Shown in pieces: positions 53,429-64,000 of a stretch of DNA of 64,000 bases. Within the stretch, counting starts at the first letter, position 1, and every line of letters begins with the position of its first letter. Origin of the DNA: the human T2T-CHM13v2.0 reference genome, Homo sapiens; the NCBI RefSeq assembly GCF_009914755.1, contig NC_060928.1; one strand, 5' to 3'. Position numbers and translations under genes: made by a program. The notes below the pieces were generated by a model, which had not been told where the DNA came from, searched no databases, and worked only from the letters and a program-made list of their open reading frames with translations.

Positions 53429-55875
53429 TGTATTAGGCCATCTTAATTACTGTAACAGAATACCTGAGACTGGGTAATTTATAAAGAAAAGAAGTTTAAT
53501 TGGCTCATGCTTCTGTAAGGTGTACAGGAAGTGTGATGATAGCATCTGCTTCTGGTGAGGCCTAAGGAAGCTTATAATCATGGTGGAAGGTGAAGGGAAA
53601 GAAGGAACATCACATCATGCAAGAAGGAGAAAGAGAGGTGGGATAGGAGGTGCCGCATAGTTTTAAACAACCAGATCTAGCACGAACTCAGAGTAAGAAC
53701 TCACTCATCACCAAAGGGATGATGTTAAACCATTCATGAAGGATCCACTTCCATGATCCAAACGCTTCACACCAGGCCCCACTTCCAATACTAGAGATTA
53801 AATTTTAATATGAAATTTTGAGGGGACAAATATCTAAACCATATATTCTGCCTCTGGCTGCCAAATCTCACGTGTTTCTCACATTGCAAAACACAATCAT
53901 CTCTTCCCAACAATCCTCCAAAGCCCTAACTCATTCCAGCTTCAAGTTCAAAGTCTTAAATCTCATCTGAGACTCATATTCCTCCACATCTGATCCTGTA
54001 AAATCAAAACAAGTTGTTTACTTCCAAGATACAATGATGGTTCAGGCATTGGATAAACATTCCCATTGCCAAAGGGAGAAATTAGCCAAAAGAAAGGAGT
54101 AATAGGCCCCATACAAGTCTGAAACCCAGCGGGGTAGGCGTTAAATCTTAAAGCTCCAAGATAATCCTTGCCTCCATGTCCTGCATCCTAGTATGAAGAG
54201 CGGGCTCCCAAGATATTGGGAAGCCCTGCCCCTGTGGCTTTGCAGGATGTAGCCCATGTATCTACTCTCACAAGTTTAAGTTGAGCGTTTCCAACTTTTC
54301 CAGGCAGAGGATGCAAGAAACTGGTGGATCTACCATGCTAGGGTCTGGAGGATGGTGACCCCCTTCCCACAGCTCCACTAGGCAGTGCCCTGGTAGGAAC
54401 TCTGTGTAGGGACTCCAATCCCACATTTCCCCTTAGCACTGCCTTACTAAATTTTTTTTGTGGAGGCTCCCCATCATTGCAACAGCTTCTGCCTGGGCAC
54501 CCCAAATTTTCTATACATCTTCTAAAATCTAGGTGGAAGTTGCCAAATTCCTTCACTTCTTTATTTTGCACACCTGCAGGCTTAACACCAAGTGGACGCC
54601 ACCAAGGCTTATGGCTTGCACCCTCTAGAGCAGCAGCTCGAGCTATATGTACCTGGGCCACTTTGAGCTGAGGCTGGAGCTAGAAGAGCCAGGAGATGGG
54701 GAGCAGTGTCCCAAGATTGTGCAGGGCAGCAGGATCCTGGGCCTGGCCCCTAAAATCATTATTTTACTCTGGGACTATGATGGGAGGACTGCCCCAAAGA
54801 TCCCTGAAATGCCTTCAAGACCTCTTCATGGTCTAGGATATTAGCATTTGGCTCCCTTTTAGTCATGCTAATCTCTCTAGCAAGTGTTTTCTCCAAAGCC
54901 TGCTTGTATTCTTCTTCTGAAAGTGCTTTTTCTTTCTCTGCCAAATGGCCAGAGAGAAAATTTTCCAAACTTTCATGATCTGCTTTCCTTTTAAATATAA
55001 GTTCCAGCTTTAAGTAATTTCTTTGTCCTGTATCTGATCATAGGCTTTTAGAAGCAGCCACACCATATTTTGAATGCTTTGCTGCTTAGAAATTTATTCC
55101 ACCAGGTACCCTAAGTTATCACTCCTAAGTTCAAACTTCCACAGATCCCTGGGACATGAACACATTGCAGCCAAGTTCTTTGCTAGGGTATTACATGGAT
55201 TACCTTTACTGTAGTTCTCAATAAGTTCCTGATTTCCATCTGAGACCTCATCAGCTCGGCTTTCCCTACCCATATTTCTGTCAGCATTTTAGTCACAACC
55301 ACTTAAAAACTCTCTAAGAAGTTCCAAACTTTCTGTCATCTTCCCGTCTTTTTCTGAGACCTCCAAACTCTTCCAACCTCTTCCATTATCCAGTTCCAAA
55401 GTTGCTTTCACATTTTCAAGTATCCTTATAGCAACGCCCCACTCCTCAGTACCAATTTTTTTTATTAGGCCGTTTTTGTTACTCTAAAGGAATACCTGAG
55501 ACTGGATAATTCATAAAGAAAAGAGGTTTAATTGACTCACAGTTCTGCAGGGTGTACAGGAAGTGTGGTGCCAGCATCTGTTTCTGGTAAGTGCCCCAGG
55601 AAGCTTACAATCATATTGGAAGACAAAGAGGGAGCAGGTGCATCACATGATGAGAGTGGGAGCAAGAGAGGAGGAGATGCCACACACTTTTAAACAACCA
55701 GATCTCATGTGAACTCAAAACGAGAACTTGCTTATCACCAAGGGAATGGCACTGCACCATTCATAAAGAATCTGCCCCTATGATTCACCTCCTACCATGT
55801 CCCAATTCCAACACTGGAGAGTACACTTCAATATCAGATTTGGATGGGACAAATATCAACATCCAAATCATATCA
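53429..55875 (-). mobile_element. Complete MSTB-like MaLR element (LTR-internal-LTR)
   Basis: LTRs 53429-53845 and 55461-55875, about 1.6 kb internal region; perfect 5-bp TSD gcagt (53424-53428, 55876-55880). Confidence 0.92.
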
Positions 55876-56225
55876 GCAGTCCTGTTAAACTAGCTTGATA
55901 GGCCTTTTAAATCAGGCCTTTACTAGTTTGTTATTTTGTCAATCTTAATTAGGCTTTTTATTTTTAGCTCAGGTCTTTGGATATTCCAAATTTCCATCAC
56001 CAGTTCCTCCCATGCTCCTATTCTGGAAATGGATTAAAACTATTTCTCTTTCAACTTCACTGGACATAAGGAAGAATGTCTGTTTCAGTTCATGTGGTCT
56101 TACTTTCAAGCTTAAGCCATTCATTTCCAGATAATAATACTTAATATTTGTATAGTTTCCCACTTACAGGTAGGCCCTCTTTCCCAGATACATAGCTGTT
56201 TCAATTCTCCTGAAATTCTTACAGC

Positions 56226-56283
56226 ATGTGTGCATGTGTGCGTGTGTGTGTGTGTGTGTGTGTATGAAAGAGAGAGAGAGAGA
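56226..56283 (+). repeat. Compound (TG)n-(GA)n microsatellite
   Basis: Direct reading of the sequence. Confidence 0.9.
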
Positions 56284-57869
56284 TCAGATTCTGCAAAGGA
56301 AAGAGTTTGATGCAGTTAGAACACTTTTCTGAGAATAAATTTGACTTGATGGGCCAAGAATAAACAAGACAGAGGACTGGAGACTTCTTTGTATAATTCT
56401 ATAAGAAGGGATTGATGGTAAAATAGAAAATAAAGTTATTATGGAATAGCTAAAGAAGACTATGTAAAGTGTGATGGCTAGAGAGAACAGCCTTAAGATA
56501 AAGATAGCAAGGCACTTTAAGCACAGGACCATGCACGTGTGACTTATCTTTCTGAAAATAGTTTGTGCCCTGAGATGTGTTCACAGTGCAGAAAGTAGTT
56601 TTGTGGTCTATCCAGCTTACCAAATGGAGAACATCACAAGAAACAGAGATAATGAGAAACTGTGCATTCAAAACCTCCATCTCCAGACAAGAAATTTTGA
56701 AAGGTGGCAACTATGGCAGAAAATCTACACATGGTGGGACTAGGGACATTTCTGTTTGAGAGATAGCAGGACACTTTTAGTCTGAGATCATGTTATATCT
56801 TTTCTTGGAAGAAAGCCAATGTTTAAAGTTGCTGCATTTGAACAAAAATAAGTGGCTCCAGCCCTAGGCAAAGCATGGAGGCACACTCCTTCTTCTTTTA
56901 GCCAGCACTTATGACCAAGTGTAGGATATATGAATGTAGGAGAAGCTGCAAAAGACAGGCCAAAAATGCATGCAGTCAGACCCTGAGATGGAATGTATGA
57001 GAACAGTAACTCTGTTTTCCATGATATTGTCTACAAAGACTGAGAATATACACTGGAAAATGTTCAGTGCCCTTTATGTACCCCCAAATTATAATAACTT
57101 CCTTTACCCTTGCTAATCCCTACTGTAAGACAGTGAATAAAAGACTTAGAACTGTAAGAGACAAATATTAGCCAGAGAGGTTTACAATATAATCCTTTTT
57201 ATTCTTTATTCAAAGTAATATCAAATAATAATCAAATATCACCAGTTGTAGTTTTTCAGCCGTCTGCTGGTGAAATTTCCTTTCTTAAACTACTTCCAAA
57301 GGCTGAATAGTGAAAGCAACTCTATCATATCAAGAATGTTGGAAAAAGAAAGGCTTATCCTTTAGCAAATCCTATGGACATCCCTGGTTTCTTCTTCCCT
57401 GCAAGTTAGGTAATGACATGTCTCCCTTTTTTATACCTAACACAAATTACAATGACGATGCCCAATTATAACACTTCTTTTCTTATGTAGAGCCCAAGAG
57501 GTGGTACTTCCTGTATTCTTGAATATCTAAAAAAATTAAAGGCCAGTAAGTGACATGACATGGAACAAGATATAAAGATTTTGAAGAAGATTTTATGCCT
57601 TCTTTCCTCGCCTTTATTGTTAAATAACTTAAGAATTCAGCAGCTCAAGCCTTGGGGGACTATGCTATCCCATGAGAGTTTACCAAGTTCATACATTTTT
57701 CCATCAAAAGAGGGATTCTCACAAGTCAGCAAGAGACTTGGATTCCTGAGGCAGGATTGTCCAGGGTCCCCTGGTATTGTAGTTGTGGATACACTAATTT
57801 ATGATTGAATTAATTTATTTGAAAGGATTATGCTTTATGCTTTCCAGGCAATACAACAGAGATGGTAGG

Positions 57870-60153
57870 TGTATTAGTCCATTTTCATGCTGCTGATAAA
57901 GACATACCCAACACTGGGAAGAAAAAGAGGTTTAATTGGACTTACAGTTCCATATGGCTGGGGAGGCCTCAGAGTCAGGGCGGGAGGTGAAAGGCACTTC
58001 TCACATTGTAGCAGCAAGCAAAAATGAGAAGAATGCAAAAGTGAAAACCCCTGATAAAATCATCAGATCTTGTGTGACTTATTCACTACCACAAGAATAG
58101 TATGGGGGAAACCACCCCCATGAGTCAAATTATCACCCACTGGGTCCCTCCCACAACACATGGGAATTAGGGGAATACAATTCAAGATGAGATTTGGGTG
58201 GGACACAGAGCCAAACCATATCATTCTGCCCCTGACCCCTCCAAATCTTATGTTCTTACATTTTAAAACCAATCATGCCTTCCCAACAGTCCCCCAAAGT
58301 CTTAACTTATTTCAGCATTAACCCCAAAGCCCATAGTCCAAAATCTCATCTGAGACAAGGCAAGTCCCTTCTGCCTACAAGCCTGAAAAATCAAAAGCAA
58401 GCTAGTTACTTCCTAGACACAATGGGGGTACAGGTATTTGGTAAATACAGCCATTCCAAAGGAGAGAAATTGACCAAAACAGAGGGGCTACAGGGCCCAT
58501 GCAAGTTCAAAATCCAGTTGGGCAGTCAAATTTTAAAGCTCCAAAATGATCTCCTTTGACTCCAGGTCTCACATCCAGGTAATGCTGATGCAAGAGGTGG
58601 GTTCCTATGGTCTTGGGCAGCTTCACCCCTGTGGCTTTGCAGGGTACAGCCTCCCTCCTGGCTGCTTTCATTGGCTGGCATTGAGTATCTGTGGCTTTTC
58701 CAGGCACATGGTGCAATCTGTCAGTGGATCTACCATTCTGGGGTCTGGAGGACAGTGGTCCTCTTGTCACAGCCCCACTAGGCAATGCCCCAGTAGGGAC
58801 TCTGTGTGGGGGCTCCAACCCCACATTTCCCTTCCACACTAACAGAGGTTCTCCATGAGGGCCCCACCCCTGCAGCAAACATTTGCCTGGGCATCCAGGT
58901 GTTTCCATTCATCTTCTGAAATCTAAGTGGAAGTTCCCAAACCTCAATTCTTGACTTCTGTGTGCCCACAGTCTCAACCCCACATGGAAGCTGCCAAGGC
59001 TTGGGGCTTCCACCCTCTGAAGCAGCAGCCTGAGCTGTACCTTGGCCCCTTTTAGTCATGGCCAGAGTGGGTGGGTTGCAGGGCACCAAGTCACTAGACT
59101 GCACACAGCACGGGGACCCTGGGACCAGCCCACAAAACATTTTCTCCTAGGCCTCCAGGTCTGTGATGGGAGGGGCTGCCGTGAAGACCTCTGACATTCC
59201 CTGGAGACATTTTCCCCATTGTCTTGGGGATTAATATTCAGCTCCTCGTTACTTATGCAAATTTCTGCAGCTGGCTTGAATTTCTTCTCAGAAAAAGGAT
59301 TGTTCTTTTCTATCACATTGTCAGGCTGCAAATTTTGTAAACTTTTATGCTCTTCTACCTTTTTAAAACTGAATGCTTTTAACAGCACCCAAGTCATCTC
59401 TTGAATGCTTTGCTGCTTAGAAAGGTCTTCTGCCAGATACCCTAAATCATCTCTCTCAAGTTCAAAGTTCCACAAATCTCTAGGGCAGGGCAAAATGCTG
59501 CCAGTCTATTTGCTAAAACATAACAAGAGTCACCTTTATGCTAGTTTCCAACAAGTTCCTCATCTCCAGCTGAGACCACCTCAGCCTGGACCTTGTTGTC
59601 TATATCGCTGTCAGGCTTTTGGTCAAAGCCATTCAACAAGTCCCTAGGAAGTTCCAAACTTTCCCACATTTTCCTGTCTTCTTCTGAGCCCTCCAAACTG
59701 TTCCAACCTCAGATTGTTACCCAGTTCCAAAGTCGCTTTCACATTTTCAGGTATCTTTTCAGCAGCGCCCCACTCTACTGGCACCAATTTACTGTATTAG
59801 TCTATTTTCATGCTGCTGATAAAGAGAGACCTGAGACTGGGAAGAAAAAGAGATTTAATTGGACTTACAGTTCCACATGGCTAGGGAGGCCTCAGAATCA
59901 TGGTGAGAGGCTAAAGACACTTCTTACATGCTGGCAGCAAGAGAAAATGAGAAGGATGCAAAAGAAAAAAAAAAAAACCCTGATAAAACCATCAGATCTC
60001 ATGAGAGTTATTCACTACCATGAGAACAGTATGAGGGACCCTGCCCCCATGATTCAAATTATTTCCCACTGGATCCCTCTCACAACACATGGAAATTATG
60101 GGAGTACAATTCAAGATGAGATTTGAATAGGGACACAGAGCCAAACCATATCA
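57870..60153 (-). mobile_element. Complete THE1C-like MaLR element (LTR-internal-LTR)
   Basis: LTRs 57870-58223 and 59793-60153; internal ORF remnants (58507-58908, 59056-59493); perfect TSD gtagg (57865-57869, 60154-60158). Confidence 0.94.
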
Positions 60154-60159
60154 GTAGGG

Positions 60160-60485
60160 CTCTCAAATATTGCATGTGCTTGCCATCCCTATAGTTCTCA
60201 GGCTCCTTGTTGTTAGCTTAAGATCTTGTACCCGATTCTGGCTAGTGGCTATGAACATATGTGGACAGATGTGAAGTGTATCAGTTTCCATTTGAGGTAC
60301 TTAAAAGCATATGAGCTTTCCACACCCTGTCTCTCTTGCATCAGTAACCCTGGACAGAGCTTGGGTTCCTGAGTCACTATAGGGTGGAATGGTACCCTGA
60401 AGGACCAGGCAATTTACATTGAACTGGCAAATTCAAAGGGAAATAAATTTTACAAGTTTACTAGTTGTTGTCTAAAGCAGTACTT
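60160..60485 (+). mobile_element. Old MLT1 (J/K-like) LTR relic
   Basis: cttgggttcctgagtcactat; gaaataaatttt; very diverged. Confidence 0.5.
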
Positions 60486-60559
60486 TTGTATGTGTTTGTG
60501 TTTGACAAACTCGTTTACATTTCAAATTGAAGTATTCCCAGTGAAAATTTTCTTCTAGC

Positions 60560-60662
60560 ATAGTGGCTAAAAATTGAGATTCTTAGTCTAAGTTACAATC
60601 TAGGTTCTGCCACTTACTAGCTGTGTGACTATGGGTAAGCTACTTAATTTCATGGACCTCAA
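60560..60662 (+). mobile_element. MIR 5' half, cut by an L1 insertion
   Basis: ttctgccacttactagctgtgtgactatgggtaagctacttaatt. Confidence 0.8.
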
Positions 60663-63600
60663 TTTTTTTATTTTATTGATATATCATAGTTGTACATATT
60701 TTGGGTGTACATGTGATATTTCGATAGATATATACAATATGTATTGGTCAAGTCAGGGTAATTGAGATATTCATCACTTCAAGAATTTATCTTTTCTTTC
60801 TGTTGGAGACATTACAATTCTTCTCTTCTAGCTATTTTGAAATACACAATGAATTATTGTTAAGTATAATTTCCCTACGGTACTACCAAATACTGGAACA
60901 TATTCATTCTATTTAACTGTATTTTTGTACCCATTAACCAACAACTCTTTATGTCCCTCTCCTTCTTTCCTTCCCAGCCTCTGGTAACCACCATTCTTCT
61001 CTCTACCTCCATGAGATTTACTTTTTAGCTCCCACATATGAATGAGAACATGCAATATTTGTCTTTCTGTATAAGTCTTTGCCTGGTTTATTTTATTTAA
61101 CATAATGACCTTGAGCACCACCTATGTTGCTCAAATGACAGGACTTCATTCTTTTTTATGGCTGAATGATGTTTCATTATGTATATATATAACATTTTCT
61201 TTTCCGTTTATCCGTTGATGGACACTTAGGTTGATTCCCTATCTTGGCTATTGTGAATAATTATGTGGTAAACATGGGAGTACAGATACCTCTTTGATAT
61301 AGTGATTTTCATACTTTTAGATAAGTAAAGAATTGCTGGATCATATGGTAGTTCTATTTTTAGTTTTTTAGGAATCTCCATTCTGTTTTCCATAAAGACT
61401 GTACTCGTTTACATTCCCATCAAGAAAGTAAGAGTGCCCCTATATCCTCACCAGCATTTTTATTTTGTTTTGTTTTGTTTTGTTTTGTTTGGTGTTTTGA
61501 ATAGTAGCCTTTCTAACTGGTGTGAGGTGATAGCTCATTGTGATTTTGATTTGTGTTTCCCTGATGATTAGTAATATTGGGCATTTTTCTCATATACTTG
61601 TTGGCCATTTTTATGTCTTCTTTTGATAAATGTCTATTCGAGTCTTTGGCCCATTTTCAAATCAGACTTCTTTTTTTGCTATTGAGTTGTCTGAGTTTCT
61701 TATGTATTCTGGTTATTAATTCCTTGTCAGACAGATGGTTTGCAAATGTTTTCTCCCATTCTGTATGTTATCGCTTCATTTTGTTAACTGTTCTATTTGG
61801 TGTGCAGAAGCTTTTTAGCTTGATGTAATCCTATATGTCTATTTCTGTTTTTGCTGTCTGTGCTTTTGGAGACTTACCCAAAAATATATTTGCCACAATA
61901 AATGTCCTGTAGTGTTTGCCCAGTGTTTTCTTCTAGTGTTCTTATAGTTTCAGGTCTTATATTTAAGTATGTAATCCATTTTGAGTTTATTTTTTATATG
62001 GTGAAAGATAGGAATCTAGTTTCATTTTTCTGCGCACATATATTCGGTTTTCCCAGCACCGTTTATTCAAGATACTCTCCTTTCTCCAATTTGTGTTTTT
62101 GATAACTTGTGGAACATGAGTTGGCTGTAAGTGAGTACATTTATTTCTGGGTTGTCTGTTGTGTTCTACTGGTGTGTGTTATGCCAGTACCATGCTGTTT
62201 TTGGTACATTCATCTGAAATCAGGTAGTATTAAGTCTCTAGCTTTGTCCTTTTTGCTTAGTAATGCTTTAGCTACTCAGGGTCTTTTGTGGTTCGATATA
62301 AATTTTAAAAGTTTTTTCTATTTCTGACAAGAATGTCATTGATGTATTGAATTGAATCTGTAGATAACTTTGAAAAGTGTAGACATTTTGACAGTATTAA
62401 TTCTTTCAGTTCATGAACATTGGCTATCCTTCCATTTTTTTGTGTCCCCTGCAATTTATTTCATAGTGTTTTTAGTTTTCCTTGTATAGATCTTTCACTT
62501 ATTTAGATAGATTTATTGCTAGGTATCTTATTTTTGCAGTTATTATAAATGGGATTGCTTTCTTGATTATTTTTATTATTTTTTAGATTGATTGCTGTTA
62601 GTATATAGAAACACTACTGTTTTTTGTATGTTGATTTTGTATTCTACAACTTCACTAAATTTATCAGTTCTAACATGGTTTTTTTTTTTGGTGTTTAGTT
62701 ATTTTCTAAATATAAGATCTTGTCATCTGCAAACATGGATATTTTTACTTCTTCCTTCCCAATTTGGATGTCTTTTGTTTCTTTCTCTTGCATAATTCTT
62801 CTGCTAGGACTTCCAGGGCCATGTTAAATAGAAGTGGTGAATGTGGGCATCTTTGCCTTGTTCTAGGTTTTAGAGAAAAGGCTTTCAATTTTTCCCTGTT
62901 CAGTGTGATATTAGCTATGGGCTTGTCATTTATGACCTTTATCATGTTGAGCTATGCTCCTTCTGTAACCAACTTTTTGAAGGTTTCTAATTATAAAGAA
63001 ATACAAAATTTTATCAAATGCTTTTTTGCCATCTATTAAAATGATTATATTGTTTTTGTCCTTGATTCTACTTATATGGTATAGTATGCTTGTTGATTTT
63101 CATATGCTAAATCATCCTTATATCCCTACAATAAATCCCACTTGATCATGGTGAGTAATCTTTTTAATGTATTATTGAATTTGCTTTGCTAGTATTTTTT
63201 GAGGACTTTTGCATCTATATTCTTCAGGAATATTGGCCTATAGTCTTCTTTTTTTGTTGTGTCTTTGGTTTTGGTATCAGGGTCATTCTAGCCTTGTATA
63301 ATGAGTTTGGAAGTATTCTGTACCCATCAACTTTCTGAAATAGTTTGAGTAGAATTGGTATTAGCTCTTCTTTAAATGTCTGGTAGAATTCAACAGTGAA
63401 ACCATCAGGTCCTAGGCTTTTCTTTGATGAGAGACTTTTTCTTGTTGCTTCAATCTCATTACTCATTATTGGTCTGTTTAGGTTTTCTCTTTATTCATGG
63501 TTCAATCTTGGTAGGTTGTACATGTTCAAGAATTTATTCATTTCTTCTAGGTTTTCCAATTTGTTGGCATATAGTTATTCATAATAGTCTGTAGTGGTCC

Positions 63601-64000
63601 TTTGCGTTTCTGTGGTTCTAATTAGTTCTAATGTTTTCTTTTTCATATCTTATTTTATTTCTGTCTAATCTGTTTTCTCTTAGTCTGTGAGTTTGTTCAT
63701 TTTATCGCTTTAAAAAAACAGTTTTCACTTTGTTGCCCTTCTGTGTTTTTTGAGGCTCAATTTCATTTATTTCTACTCTGATCTTTATTATTTATTTTCT
63801 TCTACAATTTAGGGTTTGGTTTGTTCCTGCCTTTCTAGTTTCTTGAGGTGCATGATTAGAACATTTATGTGGAGTCTATTTTTTGATGTAGGCCATTATG
63901 GCTACAAAATTTCCTATTAGTGCCACTGTTGCTGTGTTCCATTTGTGTTTCCATTTTCATTTCTTTCAATAAATGTTTTAATTTCTTTTTAATTTTTTCA
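60663..64000 (-). mobile_element. L1MA4-like element (3' UTR plus ORF2 remnant), continuing off-window
   Basis: L1MA 3' UTR; RT fragments 62745-62945 and 63224-63466 ([25 protein letters not shown]). Confidence 0.9.

Noticed and set aside
54338-60126. ORFs of 100-177 aa in this interval
   Set aside because: Fragments or antisense frames of MaLR internal and LTR sequence

Overview
Primate (most likely human) AT-rich genomic DNA, mostly transposable-element derived, with no intact host protein-coding gene recognisable. Main content: a Tigger1 fossil; two large old L1MA elements hosting nested younger insertions (including a full-length L1PA6-like copy); a full-length L1PA2/PA3-like element with an intact ORF1; two complete MaLR elements (MSTB-like and THE1C-like); and several Alus, MIR, L2, CR1 and MLT1 relics. 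Signals not shown by the ORF track: a decayed UBE2D3-like processed pseudogene inside an L2; two inverted AluY copies 26 kb apart that share a private mutation haplotype; an Alu plus full-length L1 under one apparent target-site duplication (TSD); and a chain of + strand splice-site-bounded candidate exons that could encode a 69-aa basic, Cys-rich peptide. Subfamily names come from recalled consensus features, not an alignment. I cannot support a claim of a new biological system; the findings are testable leads.
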